IMG/VR virus record: IMGVR_UViG_3300032286_000272
Span: 2,962-66,961 of that record
Source: a virus
Length of the DNA: 64,000 nucleotides
Direction: 5' to 3' (one strand)
Shown here: positions 27,419-35,985 of the stretch, one piece after another
Layout of the letters: each line of letters begins with the position of its first letter
Position numbering within the stretch: the first letter of the stretch is position 1
Made by a program: the position numbers and the translations under genes
The notes under the pieces: model-generated
Database searches by the model: none
What the model was told of the DNA's origin: nothing
The model's input: the letters and a program-made list of their open reading frames with translations, nothing else

Positions 27419-29626
27419 TTAATCTGGAAACTCTGGTTCTAAGAAACTAACTTCGAGCGGAGGAAGTGGAGTAGATTGAATTACTACTTGTCTAATCGGT
27501 TGAGTTACTACTCCTTCTCTTAGTGTTTCAGTTTCATATTTCAGATTGGGGTCAGTTGCTGGACTGTTATCAATTATTTGTCCCGACATTCTTACAACTT
27601 GTAATCGTTGTTTAAATATTCCATCAGAAAAAGTACTGCGAGCAGTGTTGACTCTATAAATTCCACTGAATGGTACTTTTTCGTCGCTAAATGCATATAG
27701 GCCTCCTTCTTCTAAACTCTGTATGCCAACAGGATTATTAAATTTGATCTGTATTAAAACTTCACCTAACAAGTGATTAACATCCCCTAATTCGTTCATT
27801 TTATCTGAATCTTTAGAAGTTTTGGGGTTATAACTGCCTATTCCCCCTTGTATTAGGTAGAAAGGGTCTCCTATAATCTCAAGCTCTCCACTAACCATAC
27901 TAGTTTGAGAATTTATAATTGCATCATGCATATTCCTTGCCAATGCCAGATACGGATCGTCACTGGGTTGGCCTGCATTACCACCGCTTTGCTGAACGCT
28001 AGTTGGTGCATCACTAGTCCTAAACATAGGTGTACCCACAGTTTCCTTCTTCAAAGTTTCTTGATTATCTCCTACAATTTTCCGATCATCTTTTTCTCGT
28101 TCTTCAGAAGAAAATCGAGATGTAGGCAAATCATTGTCTCCCAATGCTTTAGGTATAGCTTCAAAATATAGTGTATTAAAATTAAGTTTAAAATTTAATA
28201 TATCGTTGTTGCCGCCTGTATAGATATAATTATATTCTTTAAGAACTATATTTTTAAAATTGCTTACGTCGATCTTTTGACTATGATATCCAGGTATTCG
28301 AGTAAAGTGTGTCAGATAAGGAACTACTGAATATGTAAAATCTTGGAAAGGTTTTCTTGATACAGTGTCAATAACTGACCTATTGGTTACTTCTACTTTA
28401 ATAATAAAATACTCAAAATATCCGTAATTATCAAGATGCGGCTTTAAGTCTTTTAATTTTTTTTTAATGTATTCACTATCTCTAACTACTGAACTAATAA
28501 TTTCATGAATCTTTGCACCTTCTCTATATTGAACTTGAGAATCTGTAGTCTCAGGTGATTCTTTTCCTTGAACTTTTTCTCCAACAATTTTGTAGGCATT
28601 TTTTACACCTTGAGAAGCATCTCCAGGATCCCTAAAACTGAATAATCGATTAGATTTGTCAATAGATACAAGATTAGACTTACCAATGCTATTAACTTCT
28701 TTGTAGTTAAAACTACCGTCTTTATTTCGTGTTGGAAATTTTATAAAATATCTATCAGAAGTAGATGCTAGTTTATTTTCAGCTTTTGACGATTTATCAT
28801 CGTCCGAAGCTAGCTCATTTAAGTTATTACATAAATCTCCTAAAATCTTTTCTATAGTTGTTCCATTCATAGACACCGGAGATTTAATGGTGTTAGGTAA
28901 TCCTAGAGCTTTTTCATTAAATGATACCGCTTTGCATCTATAGAGGGTCCCGCGTTCAGTAATTTCAACATCAACTCCTGTAAAACCTAATAAAAAATAT
29001 CTAGTACTAAGTGGTATAACTTCTGAAGGAGCTAGCGGAGCTGTCGACGGATATCCTTTAAATTCCATTTTTAAAACATAACTAGCATGAGTATAAGTTA
29101 AGTAACCAGCTGCTACGGCAGCTACATGTAGTGCTTCAATAAATCCGTTTACACTATAAGGCTCAATAACTTCAAATTTAATAGATGTAGCAGTAGTTGC
29201 GCCGCTGGCTTCATTTGGTCCCATGACAGTGTCAATTTCAACATTGTCAATAAACATGTCAAACCGGCCAGGACTTTTTTGATTAAAACTTTTTACTAAC
29301 TCTGATCCGGAAAAATCCTTCTCGATTGAATTAACAGGAGTATATGTATCGCCAGTTTCTGTATTAATTCTTTGTGTTACTATACGATCAACTACTTCAA
29401 CTTTAGTGCTTAACCCGGTAAATCCTTTGCCGCCAGTTTTTAAAATTACTAAATCTAATTCAGTATCCATATAAGTATCTGGAGTGTTGGCATCGGTTTT
29501 TCTTACAGCAGCCAGAGTAAAATTATAAGTGTATGAAGAGTATCCATAAAAAGGATTCTTTACAAGTTTAGTTTCTGCTGTTGGTTGAGTTGATCGAGAA
29601 GCTGTTTTGAATTTGACATCTGTCAT
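27419..29626 (-). CDS. Baseplate hub protein (gp27-like, by position)
   Basis: Lies between the gp53-like and gp5-like genes. Motifs ELEIIGDPFYL and FSGIYRV...STFSDGIFKQRL. Confidence 0.55.
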   Translation of the reverse strand: MTDVKFKTASRSTQPTAETKLVKNPFYGYSSYTYNFTLAAVRKTDANTPDTYMDTELDLVILKTGGKGFTGLSTKVEVVDRIVTQRINTETGDTYTPVNSIEKDFSGSELVKSFNQKSPGRFDMFIDNVEIDTVMGPNEASGATTATSIKFEVIEPYSVNGFIEALHVAAVAAGYLTYTHASYVLKMEFKGYPSTAPLAPSEVIPLSTRYFLLGFTGVDVEITERGTLYRCKAVSFNEKALGLPNTIKSPVSMNGTTIEKILGDLCNNLNELASDDDKSSKAENKLASTSDRYFIKFPTRNKDGSFNYKEVNSIGKSNLVSIDKSNRLFSFRDPGDASQGVKNAYKIVGEKVQGKESPETTDSQVQYREGAKIHEIISSVVRDSEYIKKKLKDLKPHLDNYGYFEYFIIKVEVTNRSVIDTVSRKPFQDFTYSVVPYLTHFTRIPGYHSQKIDVSNFKNIVLKEYNYIYTGGNNDILNFKLNFNTLYFEAIPKALGDNDLPTSRFSSEEREKDDRKIVGDNQETLKKETVGTPMFRTSDAPTSVQQSGGNAGQPSDDPYLALARNMHDAIINSQTSMVSGELEIIGDPFYLIQGGIGSYNPKTSKDSDKMNELGDVNHLLGEVLIQIKFNNPVGIQSLEEGGLYAFSDEKVPFSGIYRVNTARSTFSDGIFKQRLQVVRMSGQIIDNSPATDPNLKYETETLREGVVTQPIRQVVIQSTPLPPLEVSFLEPEFPD

Positions 29627-29627
29627 A

Positions 29628-29930
29628 TTAACTTCCTAATGCAGATTTAATAGTGGTGATTTTAGGAAGATAAATTTTCTTACCTGCGGTCAGATCAAAT
29701 ATAGGATCTTTAATTAAAGATCTATTTCTAACTGCAAACACCCACCAATAGTCTACAGTGTTGTATGTGTCATAGGATAGTAAATCCGGCCTATATTGGT
29801 ATCGTGCATCAACTTCGTATAAGATATCGTCTGTTTCTGCAGGAATATTTCTAAAATTCAAAACATCAAGATAACCACTTTCTGTGATAGGTGTTTTGTA
29901 GTAAAGACTGCTATTACTGTAGGTTGTCAT
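29628..29930 (-). CDS. Baseplate wedge protein gp53-like (LysM-like)
   Basis: YQYRPDLLSYDTY..DYWWVFAVRN..DPIFDL.AGK.IYLP. Confidence 0.8.
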   Translation of the reverse strand: MTTYSNSSLYYKTPITESGYLDVLNFRNIPAETDDILYEVDARYQYRPDLLSYDTYNTVDYWWVFAVRNRSLIKDPIFDLTAGKKIYLPKITTIKSALGS

Positions 29931-30697
29931 TATAATAATCCTGTTTTTCTAAGTTGATCGCCGGCAATCCACTCAGTTACTGAATAACTTTGCATCTCTG
30001 TTCTACTATACATAGGTGTGCAGGTTATAGAAATTGTGCTTATTGTAGGGACAGCCGTTGTTCCGAATTTCTTAACATCTTTTCCTGTACTAAAATAATC
30101 AACACCTTCCGGTAGCTCAACTCGTAAACTGCTAATAGACACAGGTACATTGTCTAACATAAATGAGCCATAGGCAAATAATCTACATACGGGCGGCGGG
30201 CTTCCCGCGCCTTGGTCAAATCCAGTACGCATTTTAGTCAACGAACGAAGAAGGTGTACTGTAGACAAATAAACTGCGGCATCTTTTTCATTTTGAACAG
30301 TAAATTTTCCTTGAATACTGATTGGAGTAATAGAACTTCTTTGATAAAAATAAATTGCTTGATTGCTGTGCATTGGACTTAATGAACTATAATCGGCTTT
30401 TTGCTCATAGCTTATCGCTGGAGTATAAGGAAAAACAATTCCCGCATTCATTAATAATTCAAAATTGTTACCGCCTGTTGTAAATGTCTGTAGATAACTT
30501 GTCGGAACTTTAATCCTCACTCTAGTATCATCTGGTGGAGTTGTTCCAGCAGCAGTGGTATAATTTACAGTACCGGGTTGCGGCGGAGTCGGCAAACCTC
30601 CAGTTGGCGGTCGTCCAGATAAGATTCTTCCAGCAGCAATAGCAGAAGGTGCCAATACACTGCCTATAAGAAGAGATGAGATTATTGTGTTAGCCAT
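29930..30697 (-). CDS. Baseplate tail-tube initiator-like protein (gp48/gp54-like)
   Basis: Motifs GIVFPYTPAI, ISIQGKFTVQN and PPPVCRLFAYG..MLDNVPVSISS. First gene of the baseplate operon. Confidence 0.55.
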   Translation of the reverse strand: MANTIISSLLIGSVLAPSAIAAGRILSGRPPTGGLPTPPQPGTVNYTTAAGTTPPDDTRVRIKVPTSYLQTFTTGGNNFELLMNAGIVFPYTPAISYEQKADYSSLSPMHSNQAIYFYQRSSITPISIQGKFTVQNEKDAAVYLSTVHLLRSLTKMRTGFDQGAGSPPPVCRLFAYGSFMLDNVPVSISSLRVELPEGVDYFSTGKDVKKFGTTAVPTISTISITCTPMYSRTEMQSYSVTEWIAGDQLRKTGLL

Positions 30698-30715
30698 TCT
30701 TGTTCCTTTATAGCG

Positions 30716-30721
30716 TATTTA
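30716..30721 (-). promoter_or_regulatory. T4-like late promoter (TAAATA) for the baseplate operon
   Basis: Minus-strand gTAAATAc, then an AAGGA ribosome-binding site and ATG 30697. Confidence 0.6.
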
Positions 30722-30756
30722 CCGAATAAATAATGTGCTACTTTAATTAACATTGG

Positions 30757-30784
30757 TTGACAATAACCAAAATCATGTTATACT
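30757..30784 (+). promoter_or_regulatory. Sigma70-type promoter with extended -10
   Basis: TTGACA (30757-62), 16-nt spacer containing TG, TATACT (30779-84), upstream of the gp55-like gene. Confidence 0.8.
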
Positions 30785-30807
30785 AAACGTGAGGGATTTT
30801 AATAACA

Positions 30808-31743
30808 ATGACAGATATCATACCAGTAATAAAGAAAGTTAAATACTTAAACAACAGAGATTTATTAGCAGAGATACATAGAAGCAAGTGCTCTTTCTCA
30901 AGTTTTACCAAATCAGAATACAGTCAGCACGATATTATTCTAACTAATTTGGATAAAATTAACATTCGAACTGTAGCAGACGCAAAACGTGCTAGAGCTA
31001 AAAGAATGGGCATACAGGCCTTTGCAGAAGCTAGATTGTCCGGGGATAAAAAGATAAAGTTATCCGAAGTTACTCCAGATTACAAAACCATAGCCAAAAC
31101 CGATGTGGTTATTAGAATTATGACTTTTGATCATATTCCACTGGCGCCAGGTCGCAAGAAGACAACCAAAACTGTTGCAGATGCACATGACAAGGTTAAC
31201 TTTCCACCCTTCCAACATTGGAAGTTTGATGATAATGACGAGCTAATATGTGTGGGTAAAAGTCATTGGACTGGCGGAATTAAAACTGGTAAATTCAGTA
31301 AGGATCACGGACGTATTACAGAAAACTTAGGTCGCATGTATATCAAACTAGCCGATAGATATGCTCAAAGAAGCAACTGGAGGGGCTATACCTACATTGA
31401 AGAAATGAAGGGGCAGGCCATTCTACAACTAAGTCAAATTGGTCTACAGTTCGACGAATCTAAGTCAGAAAATCCATTCGCCTACTATACCGCAGCAGTT
31501 ACCAATAGCTTTACTAGAATCCTAAACCTAGAAAAGAAAAGTCAAAATATTCGAGACGATCTGTTAGAAGAAGCTGGTTTAACACCTAGTTTGACAAGAC
31601 AAAACAGCCAAGAATATGCAGAAGAAATTGCTCGACAGGCCGAACTGTATAAGAACATGCGGATGCCAAAAGCCGAAGCTGCTGATTATGTAGATGAGAC
31701 AGACGGCGAAACAGAGAGCGAAGACGAGGATACTAAGGCTTGA
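30808..31743 (+). CDS. gp55: Late-transcription sigma factor (T4 gp55-like)
   Basis: KYLNNRDLLAEI and NWRGYTYIEEM..FDESKSENPFAYYT..NSFTRIL..EKK match gp55 motifs. Acidic C-terminal tail. Precedes gp47 and gp46 as in T4-like phages. Confidence 0.85.
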   Translation: MTDIIPVIKKVKYLNNRDLLAEIHRSKCSFSSFTKSEYSQHDIILTNLDKINIRTVADAKRARAKRMGIQAFAEARLSGDKKIKLSEVTPDYKTIAKTDVVIRIMTFDHIPLAPGRKKTTKTVADAHDKVNFPPFQHWKFDDNDELICVGKSHWTGGIKTGKFSKDHGRITENLGRMYIKLADRYAQRSNWRGYTYIEEMKGQAILQLSQIGLQFDESKSENPFAYYTAAVTNSFTRILNLEKKSQNIRDDLLEEAGLTPSLTRQNSQEYAEEIARQAELYKNMRMPKAEAADYVDETDGETESEDEDTKA

Positions 31744-31768
31744 CTTTACTCGTTTTAACCGCTAAACT
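31740..31768 (+). promoter_or_regulatory. Sigma70-type promoter, probably leaderless for gp47
   Basis: TTGACT (31740-45), 17-nt spacer, TAAACT (31763-68). The ATG begins at 31775 with no obvious SD. Confidence 0.6.
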
Positions 31769-31774
31769 ATTGAG

Positions 31775-32791
31775 ATGAATAATTTGTTTAAAAAAGTAGC
31801 GGTATTCACCGATCTACATGTGGGATTAAAATCCAACAGCGCAACACATCTTCGCGATTGCCAAGAATACGTAGATTGGTTTATTGAACAAGCACAACAA
31901 CAAGGGTGTGAAACTTGTATCTTTATGGGGGACTGGAGTCATAATCGCAACAGTCTTAACCTAATCACGCTGAACACATCTTTAGAACTACTGGAAAAAT
32001 TAGGGGCTGCTTTTGAGCAGTTTTTCTGGTTTCCAGGCAATCATGATCTGTTCTATAAGGACAAACGAGACATCCATAGTTCAGCATTTGGGCGACATAT
32101 TCCAGGCGTGACTGTGGTCGAAGGAGTAACTACCATAGGTGATGTGACCTTAGTGCCGTGGTTGGTAGGTGACGAATGGAAAGCTATGAAGGATGTCAAG
32201 AGCAAATATATCTTTGGACACTTTGAATTGCCACTGTTCTATATGAACGCCATGGTACAGATGCCCGATCACGGTGAACTTAAAGCTGAAGATTTTAACG
32301 GGCCGGATTATGTCTTTAGCGGGCACTTCCATAAACGTCAAAGCAAAGGCAGAGTGCACTATATTGGCAATGCGTTTGCACACAACTTTGCAGACTCCTG
32401 GGATGACGATCGGGGCATGATGGTGTTAGAGTGGGATGGTGAGCCAACCTACTTCAATTGGCCAAATGCTCCCAAATATCGCGTTATCAAACTCAGCGAC
32501 CTAATTGATCGCGCAGATGAAGTTATGAAAAGCAAGATGAATCTTAAAGTACATCTTGACATTGATATCAGCTACGAAGAAGCTAACTTTATCAAAGAAA
32601 CATTTATCGCAGATTACGACATTAGAGAGATTAGTCTAATACAGGATAAGACCAATCTCGAAGGCACCATTGAAGACAACCCTGATCAAAAGTTTGAAAG
32701 TGTGGATCAAATTGTCATAGAGCAGTTGGTGAATATTGATTCAGAACAGTTTGATAAAAATGTCCTGCTAGAAATCTATAACAGCATTTAA
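31775..32791 (+). CDS. gp47: Recombination endonuclease subunit (gp47; Mre11/SbcD-like)
   Basis: Metallophosphoesterase motifs TDLHVG, GDWSH, GNHD, GHFE and SGHFH. Confidence 0.92.
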   Translation: MNNLFKKVAVFTDLHVGLKSNSATHLRDCQEYVDWFIEQAQQQGCETCIFMGDWSHNRNSLNLITLNTSLELLEKLGAAFEQFFWFPGNHDLFYKDKRDIHSSAFGRHIPGVTVVEGVTTIGDVTLVPWLVGDEWKAMKDVKSKYIFGHFELPLFYMNAMVQMPDHGELKAEDFNGPDYVFSGHFHKRQSKGRVHYIGNAFAHNFADSWDDDRGMMVLEWDGEPTYFNWPNAPKYRVIKLSDLIDRADEVMKSKMNLKVHLDIDISYEEANFIKETFIADYDIREISLIQDKTNLEGTIEDNPDQKFESVDQIVIEQLVNIDSEQFDKNVLLEIYNSI

Positions 32792-32804
32792 TGGTATAAG
32801 AACA

Positions 32805-34589
32805 ATGTTTAAATTAAAAAATATCAGTGTTAAAAACTTTCTGAGTGTGGGTAATCAGACTCAGGCAGTAGACTTTGACAAAGAGCATCTTACATTAGTA
32901 TTAGGCGCTAACTTAGATCTAGGCGGAGACGATACAGGAAGCCGAAACGGTACAGGAAAAACAACCATTGTTAACGCATTAAGTTATGCTCTATACGGAC
33001 AAGCGTTAACCAATATTAAAAAAGAAAACTTGATCAACAAGACCAATGGCAAGAACATGCTGGTTGCTGTTGAATTTGAGAAGTCTAGCACCAAATACAG
33101 GATTGAACGTGGTCGTAAACCCAACGTGCTTAAACTATATGTTAACGATCAAGAAATCAAATCCGAAGGTAAAGACGGAGAAGACGAAAGCCAGGGCGAC
33201 AGTCGAGAGACACAGAAGGCAATCGAACAGATGCTGGAAATGTCGCACACCATGTTCAAACATTTGGTTGCACTAAACACCTACACAGAACCGTTCCTCA
33301 GCATGAAGGCTGCGGATCAACGTGAAGTAATTGAACAACTATTAGGCATTACCCTACTGTCAGAAAAGGCAGAAGCTCTTAAAACACTTGTCAAAGAAAC
33401 CAAGGACAAGATACAGCAAGAAGAATTTAAAATTCAAGGCATTAAGACTGCTAACGAAAATGTACAAAAGAGCATTGATAGTTTAGAATTAAAAAATTCA
33501 GCTTGGGAAACAAAGAAAGATCGTGATTTAGAAAATCTCGGCAAAGCCATTGTTCAGTTAGAAAGTGTTAACATTGAAGACGAGCTGGCTGCACACATTG
33601 CTCTCAAGGCATGGGATGAACTTGATACTAAGATTCGAAACTTAAACAAGCAAAAGTCTACTTTAGAAAGCGCTGTTGTTCAAGCGCAAAAGACACGCGA
33701 CAAATATATAAAAGAAGCCGAAGCTCTAACCAACAAGACTTGTCCTGCATGTGAACAAGAATTACATGATCATAAGCACGGAGAAATGACCAATACTGCT
33801 GTGCAGCACCTTGCAGAAGCACAGACATATTTTGATAAGGTTGCAGGTGACTTGAAAAAGATCTTAACTGAACTGGGCACAGGCGAAATGCCTCACAAAC
33901 CCAACACATTTTATGATACAGAGGCAGAAGCACTGGGACACAAAAACAATCTCAATAACTTAGAACGCCAGTTGACAGAAAAGATTAACGAGCGAAATCC
34001 CTATGCTGAACAGATCGAAGAATTAAAAAAGACAGCCATTCAAGAAATCAACTGGGAAGGTGTCAATATTTTATCCAAGGCCAAAGACCATCAAGAATTT
34101 TTACTCAAGTTATTAACTAACAAAGACAGCTTTATCCGTAAAAAGATCATTGATCAAAATCTTGCCTACTTGAATAAACGGTTGGGCTACTATATTGATA
34201 AGCTAGGTCTTCCACATCGAGTGGTATTCCAAAACGATCTAAATGTAGAAATTACACAGCTAGGACAAGATTTAGATTTTGATAACCTAAGTCGAGGTGA
34301 ACGCAACAGGCTAATTTTATCTATGAGTTTTGCTTTCCGCGATGTATGGGAAGGACTATATCAAAGTATCAATTTATTGTTTATTGACGAGCTGATGGAC
34401 TCTGGTATGGATTCTGCAGGTGTTGAATCCGGACTTGCGGTCCTAAAAAAGCTGGCCAGAGACCGCAATAAGAATATATACTTAATATCACACAAAGACG
34501 AACTCGTAGGACGGGTAAACAATGTGCTACGTGTGATTAAAGAGAACGGTTTTACCAGCTATTCAAACGATGTAGACTATGTCGAATAA
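32805..34589 (+). CDS. gp46: Recombination ATPase subunit (gp46; Rad50/SbcC-like)
   Basis: Walker A NGTGKTT, coiled coil with CPAC zinc hook, signature LSRGE, Walker B LLFIDE and ISH. Confidence 0.95.
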   Translation: MFKLKNISVKNFLSVGNQTQAVDFDKEHLTLVLGANLDLGGDDTGSRNGTGKTTIVNALSYALYGQALTNIKKENLINKTNGKNMLVAVEFEKSSTKYRIERGRKPNVLKLYVNDQEIKSEGKDGEDESQGDSRETQKAIEQMLEMSHTMFKHLVALNTYTEPFLSMKAADQREVIEQLLGITLLSEKAEALKTLVKETKDKIQQEEFKIQGIKTANENVQKSIDSLELKNSAWETKKDRDLENLGKAIVQLESVNIEDELAAHIALKAWDELDTKIRNLNKQKSTLESAVVQAQKTRDKYIKEAEALTNKTCPACEQELHDHKHGEMTNTAVQHLAEAQTYFDKVAGDLKKILTELGTGEMPHKPNTFYDTEAEALGHKNNLNNLERQLTEKINERNPYAEQIEELKKTAIQEINWEGVNILSKAKDHQEFLLKLLTNKDSFIRKKIIDQNLAYLNKRLGYYIDKLGLPHRVVFQNDLNVEITQLGQDLDFDNLSRGERNRLILSMSFAFRDVWEGLYQSINLLFIDELMDSGMDSAGVESGLAVLKKLARDRNKNIYLISHKDELVGRVNNVLRVIKENGFTSYSNDVDYVE

Positions 34590-34893
34590 TGAACTAGACA
34601 AATATAAGGAACTACATAACGAATTTACTACTAGATTCGTAAAGTATTATAATAGGAACTTAGAATTTATAAACAAAGTTAGCCATGACGGCAACACTGA
34701 TCTAAAGAAGATTCTCAGAGAGATGATGGCCATCAACAAGGAGATGAGAGACAGTGTTACCGCAGTTTGGAAAGAGATGAGAGAAAACAGGAAAGAAGAA
34801 TTAGCTGCTGCAAAAGCAAAACGAAAGTTTACCAAGCCGCAACATAAACCCCCAGGAAAACCAAGGAAAATAAAAAATGACAACAACCAATGA
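34579..34893 (+). CDS. Basic helical protein, probable diverged Hc1-like paralog
   Basis: S..G.T..KK.L.E...I.K..R..VTA aligns by eye with the next ORF. Lys/Pro-rich C-terminal tail. Confidence 0.5.
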   Translation: MSNNELDKYKELHNEFTTRFVKYYNRNLEFINKVSHDGNTDLKKILREMMAINKEMRDSVTAVWKEMRENRKEELAAAKAKRKFTKPQHKPPGKPRKIKNDNNQ

Positions 34894-35074
34894 ACAACTA
34901 CAACAACAATTTGCAGAATTTCTAGCAGAGGATGCAAAGTTTACAGGCGGCAATAGTGCTGCTGGTACACGCAGTCGCAAAGCATTAGCTGAATTAGGTA
35001 AACTAGTAAAGGCTCGCCGTAACGAGATCACTGCTGAAAAGAATGCCCGTAAGGAAGCAAAAACGGCAAAATAA
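34877..35074 (+). CDS. Histone H1-like Hc1-family small DNA-binding protein
   Basis: KF..GNSAAGTRSRKALAELGKLVKARRNEI matches the Hc1-family motif (GNKAAGTRARK). AAGGA RBS upstream. Confidence 0.75.
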   Translation: MTTTNEQLQQQFAEFLAEDAKFTGGNSAAGTRSRKALAELGKLVKARRNEITAEKNARKEAKTAK

Positions 35075-35077
35075 TCG

Positions 35078-35506
35078 ATGACTTGGACCCACAAAGGATC
35101 TATAGTTAACGAACTACCCGAAGACTGTATTGGTTTTGTTTATTGCATAACCAATACAACTTCGGGACGCCAATACATTGGCAAAAAATTAGCAAAATTT
35201 AGTAAAACGACCTACAAAACTGTAAAGTTAAAGAACGGCACAAAAAAAAAGAAAAAGATCCGCAGTAAAATTGATTCGGATTGGCAAGAATATTACGGCT
35301 CCAGTGTTGAGCTGACAAAAGACATAGACGCCCTAGGCAAACAAAACTTCTCCCGCGAAATTCTCTACTATTGTAAAAGTAAAGCAGAAACATCGTACAT
35401 TGAGGCCCGCGAACAATTCGACCGCAAAGTATTAGAATCAGATGAATACTATAACGGACATATACAAGTCCGTGTCCATGGCTCTCACATAAAATCTAAA
35501 ATTTAA
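35078..35506 (+). CDS. Small stand-alone GIY-YIG family nuclease
   Basis: GFVYCITN..GRQYIGKK, YYGSS, F.REIL, candidate catalytic E (SYIEARE) and YYN. Lys-rich insertion. No C-terminal DNA-binding domain. Confidence 0.8.
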   Translation: MTWTHKGSIVNELPEDCIGFVYCITNTTSGRQYIGKKLAKFSKTTYKTVKLKNGTKKKKKIRSKIDSDWQEYYGSSVELTKDIDALGKQNFSREILYYCKSKAETSYIEAREQFDRKVLESDEYYNGHIQVRVHGSHIKSKI

Positions 35507-35519
35507 TCTAACACTTAAG

Positions 35520-35895
35520 GTTGGCGGGCCAGTTTGTAATACCGCTGTGGAAAAACCGGGGAATAACCGGACACGTGACATGATGATGCACTCCCGTCAG
35601 TTGATCTGACTATCTTGAAAAAGAAGCGAGTTTGAGGGTACGAACCATACGCCCAACGCATTGTTATAGTATGAATGTTGGCATACGAAATCACCGGCTA
35701 AGAAAACTTAGACACTAGGAACGAGGTCTAAGACGCAATATGCGAGTCGATGTAGGTTGGGAAAGATCAGAGCCCATTAGCTTACGGTGAATAACAAATA
35801 CCTACTTCCAATGTCTAGGCTGTGACAACTCACATGAAGACAACAGACGGAACCGCTCAAAACGGTTCCGTCTGACTAAAACAATCTACATGAAT
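35520..35895 (+). ncRNA. Candidate large structured non-coding RNA
   Basis: No ORF of 60 aa or more on either strand, higher GC than flanks, and more than 10 hand-identified helices including long-range and crossing pairings (see findings). Strand and ends are inferred. Confidence 0.6.
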
Positions 35896-35897
35896 CT

Positions 35898-35976
35898 TAA
35901 AGCTTCGCTTTATATCATATATAAAAACAATTGTTTCGAAGCGTTAGCTGAAGAAACAAGTGAACGCAGTTCACTT
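35898..35976. other. Cluster of short inverted repeats / mini-hairpins in AT-rich DNA
   Basis: TAAAGC-TTC-GCTTTA (35898-912), TTGTTTC..GAAACAA (35931-59) and AAGTGAAC-GCA-GTTCACTT (35958-76). Confidence 0.6.
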
Positions 35977-35985
35977 CAAGTATTA

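Noticed and set aside
2575-28171. Numerous 60-150 aa plus-strand ORFs inside the minus-strand tail genes
   Set aside because: They are fully nested antisense to long, motif-bearing genes and show no RBS or recognisable motifs.
35242-35250. A9 run in the GIY-YIG gene as a phase-variation or frameshift site
   Set aside because: It encodes part of a Lys-rich segment in an intact frame, and no useful alternative-frame ORF follows.
35844-35874. 12-bp hairpin as an intrinsic terminator
   Set aside because: There is no U-tract on either side. It is kept as part of the structured element instead.
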